Source: Fimicolochytrium jonesii
Lineage: Eukaryota
DNA: 64,000 bases
Assembly: GCF_025526975.1 (NCBI RefSeq)
Contig: NW_026515699.1
Coordinates: forward strand, 1-64,000
Reading direction: 5' to 3'
In this document: piece after piece, positions 1 through 13,197 of the stretch
Layout: each line of letters starts with the position of its first letter
Position numbering within the stretch: position 1 is the stretch's first letter
Notes under the pieces: model-generated
What the model saw: only the letters and a program-made list of their open reading frames with translations
What the model was told of the DNA's origin: nothing
The model's database searches: none
Translations under genes and position numbers: made by a program

Positions 1-1497
1 ATCGCACTCCATACGGTGTCCAACACCCACCCCGGCAACTCTTCAAAACAAATCGTACGCATCATACGTAGCGAAAAGGAACAACGCACATTCGCACTCG
101 AAAACCAACCATCGCAATGGTATCCCCGATCCCTCAAGACGTCGCCAAAGACAAGAAATCTGCAGAATCCTCTAGCGCCAACCAGACGCGTAACGACGAC
201 AGCGGACAGAGTCTCGCTGCCGCCTCCTCGTCCCCTTCCACAAGGAACCCCACACCCGGCGCCGCAACGTCCGTCATTGCAGCCAACAACAACAAAACAA
301 CACCTGAAACGACGCTCGGTAACCCCATTGCTCCTGGAGGTGAAGCGGCGCCAGGAGGCGTCAGTGACTGATGAGGAGATGGAGAAAGTAGGGGAGTTGT
401 CGTTCGCTCCGAGTGGTGGTGGGGCGGCGAGGGGGGGGGGGGGGGGGGGGGGGGGGGCGGGGGGGGGAGGGGATCGATACGGCGCAATTAGCGGTACCGC
501 GCAATTATTCGGGAACATATGGTGCACCTTGTAACACTATTCGATCACTTATCTCAAGCTTCCGAAACGGACATTAAGCCTGAAAGCCTTATGAAACGCT
601 TAGCGGGATTTAGCCTGGGTTTGCACTCCCGAACTTGTACACATTGTCAAGTGAAACGTGGACATATATCGAGTCTTCCGGTTCAGTTTCTTCTTTGGGG
701 CGAAATGCTAAAATAAATGATGCAATCAATTTCAATCGAAGACGAGCCCAAGTTCGAGACATCCACATTTCGGAGTTTCAATATTGCGCACTTCGTTGAA
801 AATTAATTTTGAAATATTCCTCGGGTTGATTACCGACACACGACTCCCATAAAGTCCATTTGAATGACGAATTCCTCCTTCTTCATGAAAGGAGCGGAGT
901 ACTCTTCAGGGCAACTTCAGATGAAGAAGATGAAGGCTTCGCCTATGGTCGGTAGCTTTCGTAGTCAGGGTTGCTGGATAGCATCTTCGGAGCATACACG
1001 GGTGAACCAATGCAAAATGCGATGTGTGAACGCTAGCTGGCCAGGAAAGGTAGTTATGAGAACGACACTTCATCTCGGCAACGTTAAGGTGCTCTGGATG
1101 CATACTGTAGCACGCACGTGCAGCAATCAGGAGCAAAGTCTCGATGAAGCCCCTCGTACTTAAGATGAAGGCGTGCTTACAACCATCCAGTCTCAAAAGA
1201 CATTTCAAACAACATCTCTGTTGCGAATGCTGATGAACAATATGTGCAAGAAGAATTCGCAGAACATAGCCGAATCGGGGGCAAGGTCCCAGCCCTCCCT
1301 GGTGTCCATTGGCGACATGTAACCCTTGTCCTATACATCCCAACTGGCTGCGATCTATGTATACGAATACTCCTAAACGAAGACATATAATAATTTCTAA
1401 GAGCCAGCCCAATCTGTCTACAGATCTCATACGTGTGGTCTAGGGCGTATGGGAGGTATATCGTCTATAGTCAATGGTATAGTCTTAGGGGTCAACC

Positions 1498-2300
1498 TTA
1501 TGGAAACGGAAGTCCTATTGACTTCTTGCACTTCTTGCAGATCTTGCACATCTCGGCGGGGTTCATGAGAGTAACAGCACTGCACTGGAACGCCTTGGCG
1601 ACCTCAGGAGTGTTGGCGACAGTTCCGGCAACTCGGAACCTGGCGGGAGCGTGGGCGTCGGAGGCGACGGCAGCGTAAAGGGCTTCGGGATGGATGTTTT
1701 GGCACCAGACTTGGTGAAGGGGAGGAAAAACAGCTGCCCCGGGGGTGTTGGTGATTCCGGGGAGGAGCTGGTTGCGGGTGGCACCGTCGGCGGACTTGTA
1801 TTCCTTGGACCACATGGCGTTAAGGGATTGGGCCATACCGCCGTCGTTAGCGAGGTTCTCGCCAAAGGTCTGCGCGCCATCGACGCTGGCCTTCGCGCCG
1901 TCGGGTGACTTGGAAGGACGAGCATTGGTCTTTGAAGCATACTGTCTTCTGTTCGAACTCAGCCGCAGTCGTCTGGGTCCAGCCGTCTTCGACCGCTCCG
2001 TTTGCACGGTAGTGACGGCCGTTGTCACCGAACCCATGAGTCGATTCATATACGAGGACCACGCCGATACGACCTAGGGGAGGAAAGATAGTAAGCGGAT
2101 GGTATTAATGCGGCGACAGTATGTTGTCGGAAGCGACGGGAAGCCTACCATAGTACAAGTAGTCGGGACACCAGCTCCGTAGAAGGGCGCAGGAGTGTAC
2201 CGGCGGGGAATACGATTTCATTAATGGGGGGGTTGTAGTAGGCGTTAACGGTGGGAGTTAGGTCAGGGTTGTGGCATGCACGTCCTACGAGTGCAAATGA
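1498..2300 (-). pseudogene. M13 (neprilysin/ECE-like) metallopeptidase C-terminal remnant
   Basis: Motifs VNAYYNPPINEIVFPAG, GENLANDGG (canonical GENIADNGG) and DAHAPARFRVAGTVANTPEVAKAFQC are spread over different frames. The zinc motif HExxH is degraded to YESTH. Confidence 0.85.
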
Positions 2301-2828
2301 GGCCACCTGTGAAGAGCCCTCACTCAAAGTGATAAAGTCCCCGTCTTGAAGGGGTAGGCCGGGGCCGACACCGCATGAAGAGACTATGCATCCTGCCCGC
2401 AAGTGTCGTAGGGACAGGGTTGCACATCTTGTGCGAGATGTGCCGACCCACGGCGGAAGCTTCATTTGCACAAGTACAGTGATTGCCACCTTTTGTCCTG
2501 CCAGTGGTTCGGATTGTGGGGTTCATGATTCCTTGAAGTTTGGCTCAATGCACATGGCCGTGCTGTCGTCTGTTTCATTGGTCGACTCATTGTGGCGATT
2601 TGCACAGAAGCAGAAAGCTCTAGTAATGGGAGCTGTTTAGATTTGGCGAATCTTGGAGTGGCGGATGGCACCCGTATTGACCATTACCCCCACCGTTCTT
2701 CTGATAACAAACTTCTACGCTAGCAGTCAAGATGGAAGTTTGCTGAGGAGGTTGAGCCTTTGAGCCTGAAAACGTTTGCACATACATACATACTTAAGTC
2801 GTTTGCCCGTCATGTCGATGTGTGCGCC

Positions 2829-2858
2829 TTAGGGTTAGGGTTAGGGTTAGGGTTAGGG
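2829..2858 (+). repeat. Interstitial telomere-type repeat (TTAGGG)5
   Basis: Five perfect TTAGGG units read directly. Confidence 0.95.
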
Positions 2859-3397
2859 TGTGCACCCCCTCCAATTGAAATCAATATCAGTCACTCACGT
2901 GCATTTGGCTTTGTGGCAGTCGCTGATTTATTTCAGGGGGGTGCACAGCTTTTTGCGACGTGACTGTACTGAAATCAACCGTGAGAGTTCTGTCGACGGC
3001 TTCTCCAGCTTTCTTACGCGGGAGCCCCTAATCTCGTACGAAGCCGCTCGTCTTTGAAGTCAGACGTTCAGTATGTCTAGTATCGTCACGGCTTGCCTGG
3101 GCATTTTGTTTGGCATTGTCTTGACAGACAGCTTGCAGGACCACCATTGGTGGCCCTATCTCAGGCTTCGCTCGGACTCGCTCAGGGGAGACGAACTGTC
3201 TCATGGCGTCATGCAGCGTGCACTGGTACGTTCGAAGAGTTTACGATAGCAGAGGAGTGTGAAGAGAACGTATGAGGAGAACCATTCTCTCCTACGGTTT
3301 ATACCTCTGTTCTTCGACACTATGTCTGGTCAGGTGGAAGAAGATGGATGGTTCCTCAACTCTGCTTGACCCGTAGAGTCATATCGGACAACTTATA

Positions 3398-3826
3398 TTG
3401 ACAAGCGATTTCATCGCTCTTATTTCTCTCTCCTTCTTTTTGGTGTTTACCATTGCGGCCCACACTCAGGCACATTACAAGGCAGGATCCGAAGCCCCTC
3501 CCTACTTCATCTCTGTCATCCTTCTCGTATCCACGACACTGATGGGCGTGCTCGTTCGAGGCATCATCTCGGACAAAATAAATCGTCCGAAGCACTTTCT
3601 CAGTTTCCTAATTTTCCTCGGCGGCACGGGGATCCCCTTCATCACAAAGATCGTACCAGCTGAAGAATGGATGCACAAAAACGGGGCATCGGGCCTTCCT
3701 TCCGAAGTCGCACAGAAACTCCATGAGACCGCTTTCTGGCACATGGTGGTCGGTATCACTACACTGCTGAACATCGCCCTACAGTGTTGCTTTGGATCAA
3801 GGGGCGACAAACGGAAGCTTGACTAA
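3398..3826 (+). CDS. Hypothetical ~4-TM membrane protein (probably a 3' exon or remnant)
   Basis: Open frame with four hydrophobic stretches. No ATG at the start and no family recognised. Confidence 0.35.
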   Translation: MTSDFIALISLSFFLVFTIAAHTQAHYKAGSEAPPYFISVILLVSTTLMGVLVRGIISDKINRPKHFLSFLIFLGGTGIPFITKIVPAEEWMHKNGASGLPSEVAQKLHETAFWHMVVGITTLLNIALQCCFGSRGDKRKLD

Positions 3827-4386
3827 GATGTAAATGTCTACGATCATATCCTGAGCTTAGAGTGATGTTCCTGTACAGAGAGGATTTAGAGGGCACTCAT
3901 GAGGACTTTGTTTAAATTCGACCCTTCTCAAGTTGACTTTGCGTCTTACAATGATTTAAAAGAGTATATGTGGGCCTTCGGATTTCAGGCCCTTGCTGAT
4001 TTCAAACTGCTTGTGTGGCTCAAGATCGAGTGTAAACAGTACTGTATCCGTCGCCTCGTCGTCTGCAAATGTTACAGTCTTGAACGAGAATGCTGTGACC
4101 CCTACCGTCAGTGTCGATATAGGTCCCAGAGTGGCTTCGAGCGGCTTCAGTGCTACCGTCCTGCAACTCAACGGCTTGTCCTCCAGCAACGCGTAAAGTA
4201 ACTGTAAACGCGGGACCAAACTCATCTCCACAAGCCCCGCTTCTTGCTGATGACAAACGCATCTCAGGCGCACGCATATAAATAGCAGACTCGTTTTCGG
4301 CTCCCTCCGAGACTACGTAGAATTTCCTTTTCTCCATAATAAACCTCCTCTTTCATACCCCATTTACATCGATCCAACTATCCAAA

Positions 4387-4683
4387 ATGGTCTACACCCT
4401 CCTCGTCAACGTCAAAGTCAAACCCGAACGCACCGACTCCGTCCGCACCCTCCTCGCCAAAGCCTCCTCAGTTTACACGCAAGACAAGGGAACCCTCTCG
4501 TGGTTCGTCATGCAATCCGCCAAGACACCAACGGAATTCGCGATCGTCGAGCGATACGAATCGAAAGCGGATTTGCAGACGCATATCAAGAACCCGTTTT
4601 ATGCCGAGTTTGGGAAGACTGTGGGCCCGTGGTTGGATGGGGAGCTGAATATTCAGCATTTCGAGGAGATTTCAAGGTTGTAG
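4387..4683 (+). CDS. Antibiotic biosynthesis monooxygenase (ABM, dimeric alpha-beta barrel) family protein
   Basis: 98-aa single exon with the typical ABM pattern (VKVKPE, DKGTLSWFV, FAIVERYESKADLQTH..NP). TATAAAT lies upstream near 4277, and the ATG is in an AAAATG context. Confidence 0.85.
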   Translation: MVYTLLVNVKVKPERTDSVRTLLAKASSVYTQDKGTLSWFVMQSAKTPTEFAIVERYESKADLQTHIKNPFYAEFGKTVGPWLDGELNIQHFEEISRL

Positions 4684-5434
4684 GATGGAGTAAGATGGTG
4701 TGAGAAGTAAGCATTTCGAATGCCAGCGGCGATGGAGTTGGTTCTGTATATGGGAGCTTGTCAGCATTGGGGTTTGGTCGAGTGGTAGCCAAAGGAGACC
4801 TTAATGGGCATGCCGGCCCGGCGCCCCGGTCCGAGATGGAACGTACATATAGTTTTCACGCATACCATTGTAATAAAAATAAGCATGCCGGCCCAGGCGC
4901 TTTCCACAAAGTTTACAAGCACTGTCCACACTTTTGACGACTGAGTTTTTGGTTATTGTAACCCTTTCTCCTGCGCTTGAGGCCGGAACGAGCGATATGG
5001 GCGCAGATGTTGAGATGTAAGGGGAAGAGGAAGCGTACGGCGCGATGCAAAGACCGGAGGCCTTTACGACGGAGCACTGCATCCTGCACGACGCTGTGTA
5101 ATCTTATGTGGGAGCAATGGCTGCTTCGAGCTCGTTTCACATTTTGAAAGGAAAGAAGCTTGTCGTCAGGGCCGGTCGTTCTATTCTACATGACTAAGAG
5201 GACCGATATCTATGTCCGGTGAATCTTAATAGTTTATGATATGCAAGGGGATGCCTTAAATATGGTCAATCGCTCATCGACACTGGCGGTAAGGGACTCG
5301 ATCTGGATGGGACCTCGATTTTGCTGTCATCACACGCCTTCGAGTCGTCCGTCGCCACCTTCAGTGTCTAAACTGTAGTCATTGACATCGCTCATGTCCG
5401 CGAATCCAATTTCGAATAAAACTGCCGTACATCA

Positions 5435-5974
5435 TCATCGGCCGTGAGCGCCAGAATAGAACATACAAAACTCGACCGCAGCCGCGCCCATCTCCATCTT
5501 TTGCGCTTCCGGGACCACACCCACCCCAAAGAGCATCGAGACGCCAGCATCCCTGTCGAGTAAACGCGCAGCAGCTATGGTCAGCTGTTTCCGCTTTGTG
5601 CCATTCTCCTCCGTGACGGTGTAGCCGAGAACGTGAAACCAGTCTGATCCAGTGAACGAATCTTCGACGAAGCCGTTGTAGAGGGCTTCCATCGCTTCCT
5701 CATCACATTCAAATGCCTTCATCTCGACCCCAAAGACCTTTTCCCGCAGCTGCTGTTCGGTTCGCACGATCAGGAACTCCAAATCGCCGTCAAGCGTCGC
5801 GTCCTGCTGCCGTCCAGAAAGCCACGGCCCAGTCTGAATCGCCATTAGCTTTCCGTGAGGGGTTTTTGAGAAGCCGCGATCCAGGAGCGTCGCCCGCATT
5901 TGGAACGGATAAAGAAAGGCGCCGCTAGCGAGATTGTCGCAGATGACGAACTCTACCGAGAGCGGTATCGACAA
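5435..5974 (-). CDS. GNAT-fold acetyltransferase-like protein, partial or degenerate
   Basis: LFGVGVVPEAQKMEMGAAAV resembles GNAT motif A (V.P..R..G.G) but is degenerate. It lacks a clear start and terminates early. Confidence 0.45.
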   Translation of the reverse strand: MSIPLSVEFVICDNLASGAFLYPFQMRATLLDRGFSKTPHGKLMAIQTGPWLSGRQQDATLDGDLEFLIVRTEQQLREKVFGVEMKAFECDEEAMEALYNGFVEDSFTGSDWFHVLGYTVTEENGTKRKQLTIAAARLLDRDAGVSMLFGVGVVPEAQKMEMGAAAVEFCMFYSGAHGR

Positions 5975-6730
5975 TAGAGGCGCAAAACAATTTTGCTCCT
6001 TCGCTGTTTTCGTCCCGGTCCAATGAGCGGGTCTCTTCCTCGGGATCTACGCAGTGGGTGGGGAAGAACCACTTTCCGCTCTGGCTAATGAAAAAGTGCA
6101 TAGCTCCAACGGCACGACGGCAGCGTAAAGCCCTTCAAGTTGTTGGCCTTTGCCCGATGAACAGATAGTCTAACAGTTGATAGCCCTAATTTGTGTCACG
6201 CTCAACGCTCGCGCACGGATCACAAGTTGATTGCGCGAGACGTTGCCTTGTCGAGGAATGGAGGCTACGACATTGGGGAGGTGCGGTCGCTATCGCTGGC
6301 CTTTGAGAGCGTGGTGGAACGTCCTTGGGGTGGCCCGGCTGCTGGGTGCACTGTTAGCATGTCGGGTTCTTTTACCGAGCGGGACGGGGGGCGGTCAACG
6401 GCGGACAACGGCGCGCTGGAGGCGGCTGAAGCCAAAGCCCTGTTGTTAGAATCGCTAACCACTCGAAAGCAGCGTCGGGTCTCGGCAGTCCATGAAATTT
6501 GACTGTTGTTGCAATACTGGCCTGACAGCGTCGAGGGAGCTCGCCCACCAGAGTTATGAGTTCGTTGGACGGGCGACTGCTTGCCCACCGAAGCGCGTGA
6601 GACGTGAACCTCCAGCGGGAATCTGAGCGGGAATATGCATCCCCATGGGTGCGCCCTTGCGCACCATGTCCGGATGGGGATTCTGTGAAGCATTCCGCAA
6701 TTTTGGGGAAAGCTTGCAAGGGGGTAGAAG

Positions 6731-7444
6731 ATGCATATGTATGGGGATGCATACTTGTTGCCTCCTGTAGAAAAATATCCATCCCCATACTCCTTGGCGA
6801 CCGCTGCGGAGGACAACATCATATCCGTCCACAGTGAAGGCAATGAGATGGGGCCGCCTCCTACATCCGTCCCCGCTTCCATTGCCGCAACCGTGCCCAC
6901 AACCGTGCCCGCAACGTGCCCGCAACCGTGCACGTCCGACGTCCCATCCAGCCAGGCGAAGAAGATCAGGCTATTGGCGCTTGCCCAAGTTCGTCAACGA
7001 ATACGCGGTGGTCAGTTCATGAGGGACACGCCGATCGACATCAATGTTTCATCTGTGTTCAATGCCTCCGGAATCGTTGGGAATCGTTCGGATTACAAGT
7101 ACACCATGATGCAGAGCATCCTGCATACAATGAATCCCATGGACACTTCCGCTCTCACCATGATGCACGCATTGTTGTTCAGTCCTTTTGAAGAGGTGCT
7201 GCGAGAAGCACATCTACGAGTTGATCGAGACCATTATCAATCCCACCAAGAATGGCAGGACGCGATCGAGAGTTTCATATTGGAAATAAATCGGAAGATG
7301 GTCGAACTGTTCCACCTGGAGTTGGATTTGATGCGGGACTATCGAGTTGATCTTCTCTCCCTGGTCTTGGCTGAACGTGAGCGCGCGTCAAAGGAGGAAT
7401 GTAAGGAGATGGAGACGGAGATAGAGGACAGGCAGCAAATGTAA
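6731..7444 (+). CDS. Hypothetical protein
   Basis: 237-aa ORF with a natural-looking helical C-terminus, followed by an AT-rich 3' region. No family recognised. Confidence 0.45.
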   Translation: MHMYGDAYLLPPVEKYPSPYSLATAAEDNIISVHSEGNEMGPPPTSVPASIAATVPTTVPATCPQPCTSDVPSSQAKKIRLLALAQVRQRIRGGQFMRDTPIDINVSSVFNASGIVGNRSDYKYTMMQSILHTMNPMDTSALTMMHALLFSPFEEVLREAHLRVDRDHYQSHQEWQDAIESFILEINRKMVELFHLELDLMRDYRVDLLSLVLAERERASKEECKEMETEIEDRQQM

Positions 7445-7961
7445 ATATACCATACAGTTTTCTGTTTATGTTTGAGTCTTGAGTCGAATGAAAATTGAAT
7501 ATCATTTCGTGAATTTCGTGTCAGATCCATTACCTATGCCAGAGGAATGTTGTCGCCGTGCTCGTCGATGCTTCGAGCTCCCGCCCCCAACAACGCCGAT
7601 ACTCGGAGCGACGCACAAACTCCGAAGTGGGTCCCAATTACCCCTGATGGTTGGCTGACCAGATGGTATCGTTCCGCGGCACCGAACGCCTTGGTGTATG
7701 CTGCCACTGAGATAAAGCCGGTGAGAAGGAATGACAAAGTGGCGTATGTCCCATCTCTAAGTGGCGCGAGATGAAGCTAACATCTCTACTTGCTCCAAGT
7801 TCATCTCGAGAAGCTGGTTTTTTATGATTACTACTCAAAACGTACACATAGAAGTAACCTCCCCCTAGAGACTGCACTCCTTTGATAGTAGGATGTTTCC
7901 CTGCAGTTCCCTTTTTCTTTCAACCGTCCCAATATGGTGCGCCTGCAATTCCGCAAGTTTT

Positions 7962-10900
7962 TCAAGTGCTTTGCCCAGCACGGGGAAGAATAGCTCCCGC
8001 ACTGTCAATGAATCGCTAGAAAGAGTCGAAATGCAAAATGAGTCGACATATCGAACAAAATGTTGAGAGTGTCCGTGAGACCGACCTTCAACTCAGGAAG
8101 AGCATTGACCGCATCTGCAGGCAAACTAAAGCACATCCACAGGCAGCCATCAATTTGTGCCTCGAACGTCTTGATCAATCGTCGAATGACAAGAACATAG
8201 CCGACGCCAAAGGCCGTGATTGATAAGGCGAAAAAGGTCACCGTAATCCCCTTCAATTGAGAGTTCCGGTTGCTAACATCGCTGACGATGAGGTTACTCA
8301 TCAGTTTTGCCCCCCCGGACAGATCATCTTGTATCGCATATGCCAGTTGGAGATCGGGATCATAAAGATTTTGCTCAGCCGCTGGTTTAGAGATGAAATT
8401 TTCGAGGCTGGCCACCCATCTTGACACTGAGGTAAACGTGAGCTTGAAGTTAGCTACCTCTCCCTCTGAGGTACAAATCCCAATGTGCTTCCGCCTCCTT
8501 CACGTACTTAGTGCTTCGTAAGGTGACGTAACAAGGTCATAAGTAAGTCCAATGGAAGCATTGAAGTATCTAATGAGGAACTCGATCACATAAGTCCCAA
8601 CACGTCACCAACGATTGCAACAGACGGAATCTCGAACCTTGTACTGGGATTGCAACGGAGGTAGGTCGAAAAGCAATTCCCGCTAGTCGTAAGAAAGTTG
8701 CCCAGACTCGCAAAGGCGAACACTGACGGATAGCCGCCACCGTTGGTGAGAAGGTCATCGTTCTGGGCTTTGAACGCGTTGTTCCAGTACGTCAACCAAG
8801 CTCGGTAAGATTCCGGCGGCACAACATAATTCGTCTCGTTTGATGCTAGCTCCAGCGCGGTTGCTGTAGTGATCATGGTAAGATGGTTCCGATTAGACAC
8901 TCCTGCTATAACACGGGAAATCACGATGGAATCCTACAGGGAGTATAGACAATAGGTGGTCTGTCAGCTCCGCGACGAGATGCAGGCTATGCAATACAAG
9001 TTCCACTCACCGATCCTTGTGACAACGTGGGAATAAACATTGCAATGCCGGGAAGAATAACGGAGAAGAAAAAGATGGCAACACGCTGAAATGGAGATGC
9101 GCAAACGGCTGGCATCAGCCTGCTATAAACATCTGCAGGCAACAACGCCTCAATCCTCATAATACCTTGATCTGTGTTTTGGGTCCATGGCCGAGCATTA
9201 TGCGGGCTGGTGGAAACCCCGCCTCATTGGAAGCTGCAATTTCTGCAAACGCCTCTGAATTCTCCATTTTCTCCATGATCATCTCAATCTCAGCGTCGTA
9301 GGCCTCCATCATCTGCGTGACGTGCTCTCGGGAGATACCGACAAAGAGATTGAGCACAGCTAATTGCTTTTCATGCACTCGCTTTATCATTGGCCAGAAG
9401 TGAAACACCGCACACACGACGCTGGCAACCCCCAAAACGACCAGGATCGCAACTATCATTCAAAGCAGTCGTTATTACGAAGAGACTCTCTTCTCCAAAA
9501 AGTAGTGCTCCGATCACTTACTCATGCCGTTGATGCTTCCAGTGATACTGGTCATGAACGTGGCGGTAGCATCCGACGCCACTTGAGTATAAGCGGTAGC
9601 CATGGTGTTCATGTTGTCGATGAACCACAATGGAGCTAACGAGTACTGGGAGTTGGTAATATCAAGGGCCGTAATGTCGTTGACATGGTTGGTGATTGAC
9701 CGACCCAAGGTGAAAGTACTGTATGCCTCCATGTGATCTAACAGCGAAGATTATGGATGTCAGCCATGGAGAACCTTCACCGGGAACTGCGTAGGTGGGT
9801 TTCAAATACCTCCTCCAGCATTGCGATCGCGAATGACAATATCCAGAGGATCGCCTAGTCGTTCTGCTTCCAGCAGCGCCATACACACTGGCTCCCAAGT
9901 GCGTCCGAGCATGCTGGTTATCAGATTCATGGTGGTGTTGAACTCCGTGGCGGGATTGCCAACAGGAGCAACGCCTCTTCCAAGGTTTCTAATTTGACGA
10001 GCGTACATTGTAACTTTTGAAAGCCACGGTCAGATTCCGGTTGTCGTCCATTTCATCCCTGAAATGAAGACTGCACTTACATCGCGACGAAAAGATCCGA
10101 GGTCTGGCTCGGTCGTAAGCCAGGGGCAAAGCCGAGAGGATTTGGCTGTACACAGACAGACAGAACCCGAAACCCCCGACGATAAGTATAAAAATCAAAC
10201 AAATGAGAGCTGAAGCAGTGATGTTGAAGGTGTCTATGGGATTTTTCAACCCTTTCGCGATGGCGTCCTTGAGGTAGCGCTGGTTGCGTTCCCTCTGACT
10301 GCCGCCCGAGGACAGTCCTGTCACGCTTCGCGGAGCTGGTGGGGCTTTTTTGCTACTCTCTCCGAGTGAAACTTCCGGGTGCGGCATCGTGGTTACTGAT
10401 TTGCCTCCTGGGCGCGACTTCGTGGAATCTCTGGAGGGTTCCGAGAACTTGAACCGCCGACTTGCACCAGCGGCGTCTTCGCCAACTTGAATTTCATCGT
10501 CGTCGTTCGCTATGTTGAACTGGACTGCCGAGTTGGACTCCATGACCATGCTGGGGACGGTGGGCATGCTGGGCATGCTGGAGTACGTTTTTGTTGGAGT
10601 ATTTCGGGCGAGGCCGGCATTCGCCGCTGCCGCCGCTGCGGATCTAGCCTCTTCCTTTTCTAATTCTTGCAATTGCTTTTTGTTTCACAAGTGAGGACAT
10701 GCCAATCAGATTATACTGAATAAAAGCTGGGACAACCCCCTTCAAATACTGTGCTTACCGCAAGAAGCTTCTTGCACTTTTCCGGATCATCCGTTGCCCT
10801 CAGAAGGAAGCTCGCGTAGCTCTGGAGTATCTTCTTGGAGTTCTGTGTTTTCATAAGTCAAAATTAACTTCGAATCAGAACCAATAAAAGCCAATGCAAT

Positions 10901-13197
10901 TAACTAGTATACCGGGAACTTGGCCACCAGGTTCTCATAACGGGAGAGCGCCTTCAATCGCTTTTCCTGCATGTGTTCCAGCAAATAGGGCAGACAAGCG
11001 AATTTGTCTTTTTCGTTCCGCAAGAATTGCCACAGTTTCTTGATGGCGATCAAGGTCTCCACATGATACCGCTCTGCTTCCTCTTCCAGGGCATTCACTT
11101 CTGCGTATCGTGCGACCCCCATGGAAGAGGCTACCAAGTCTTCTTTCCGCCGCTCCTGCTCAAGAGACATTTCTTCCATGAAGATGCAAAAGCGAGTGTC
11201 CACGTGCGGTTTGGCAGCCTATGTAAATGCGTGACGACAGACTAAGTACCGCGCTTTTCCCAGAGGAGGAGAGGCTCGCAGTAGTTTTACTCCAACCCAC
11301 CTTAGCAGCAACAAGGCAGTCCCAGATTTCGCTTGACGGCCCCAACTCAAAGTAGGAAATGTAATGGGCCTGCATCAAATGAACATTTGGAGAACCCGGA
11401 AACTGTTCAGCCCCTCTGCGGAGTAATATTGTGGCGAGTTTCTTGGCGCTCGTATCGGCGTTATGTTGCAAAAATCTGAGAGAGAGCTCCACGTCGTATG
11501 AACTCGCAAAAAGCTTGATCGCCTTCGGCTCGTGCTTCTTTACAATGTTATCGATGGGCTCCATCTGACTAGACTCTAAATCCACATCGTTGCTTCCCAC
11601 AACTGTGTTCGTCTGGAGCAGAGACCCTTTCCTCTTAAGGTTTGTCTTTCGAGAAAGGGTTCCATCTCTGCCTCGAGGGCCTTCCGACTTCATGGCGGCT
11701 GTCAAAATGAAAATAAAAACCGGGTAAGAAGTCCACTTATTTATGGAACACTTCGCTTGAAATGACACTCGGTCCTGACCTTTTAGTTGGGCATAGACTC
11801 GGGCAGCGGTCCGTTCTCTTGACTTGCGGGACAATGCAAACCCAATGGCAATCCCAGGAAGAACGAGAGAGCACACAAACCCGAACGGTGCAGCGCTATC
11901 AGTCCATTCCGGATGGTTATGCACGATAGCTGAAGTAATCCCGCAAATCAAACTCCCAAAGCACATTCCCGCGCGCGCATCATTGATCACCCCCTTGAAG
12001 TAGGGTTGGTAGCGACATGTCAAGTAGAGCATAATCGTTGAGGAAATAATGATGGCGGTAAGCACAGCGGCGGGGTCGTCGGCTGCAATTGTAGCACAGA
12101 CGGACAGAAGCATTCGCAAGCAGCTATATAAAGCATCGATGCGCCCAGTGGTTTTCGCATGAGGGTCCTTTCCCATCGGATCGATCCTGAAGAATATTAG
12201 ACTTATCACGACGCCCTGGAAAAAAGAATGCGATAAGGAAAAATGGCGTTGGGCACCAGAGAGCAATACGGTTGCCAAATTCGATAGTAGACCCTACGAA
12301 CCTGTACAGACAAGTATAGGAGACTGATAATCGAAAGGATGAACTCCGGGAGATACTTTGATGTGAAGCAGCTTGATGGTGAAGAGACAAGCAACACTGT
12401 ATGGTTGGATGTGTCCATACAAGCCAGACCATGCAAGAAAATCTCCAGGAGCGGAATGAAAAGAACCGTTGCTAATAGTGTCGTCATGATACGCAAAATC
12501 TGCAAAGGCCAAACAACTGCGCCGACGGTGTGTCAAAGCCTGGACTGTACTGAATATTCGCGGCGATACATTCAATTTCCCGCTTTACCTCTTATCTGGG
12601 AACCTTTCATAGAGAAGCCGACCACCAAGGTCAAGCCAGCGGTGAAGATTGTAACCACGAAGGCAATGTAGAACAAGGCAGCAAAACGGATGTCGTCGTC
12701 GGGCTTTGCAGACATCGGATTGAATATCAGCGCTGAGGAAGCATTGTAGTTAGCAAAGCGGAGGCTCTGAGCAAAGAGTTATGATCGACCTTCAGTCGTC
12801 ATACGTACGAAACCATGAGGGCATTTTGCCGTATCCCATATTTGGGCGCAAGGCAAAAGAGAACAGCTGCAGGTCCTCCAGAACAGACAAGGCGCATCCC
12901 ATAGTAACGGGGATCTCATTTCCGTGGGTCATGGCTATCCAAAACAAGTAATGTTGTACTCAAGGTTAGCGCGTTAATCACAATATCAAATGCAGTGTGC
13001 TTGAGCTACGTACCATGGAGCAGCCCGAACTAAATATGAAGTGTGGGAAATATGAATGGGACACTCGCGTTTTCACCCATTGAAACACAACCAAAACTCT
13101 CCATCACACTTACTATTGCAGCCACAAAGGGATGCTCACGAATCAGTCTCGTCTGCCCCCTCTTTGAGGACGATCTGCCATCTTCGATGCTGTCCAT
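7962..13197 (-). CDS. TmcB/TmcC-like (tiny macrocysts) multi-pass membrane signalling protein, multi-exon
   Basis: Spliced N-terminus MDSIEDG...AAI|FGLLH|AMTHGNE...LEDLQLFSF. Multi-TM block with GRIDALY and YQPYF..INDARAG, then a helical/TPR-like cytoplasmic region and further TM hairpins with sensor-like helical domains. Last exon RFIDSAGAILPRAGQST*. Confidence 0.7.
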
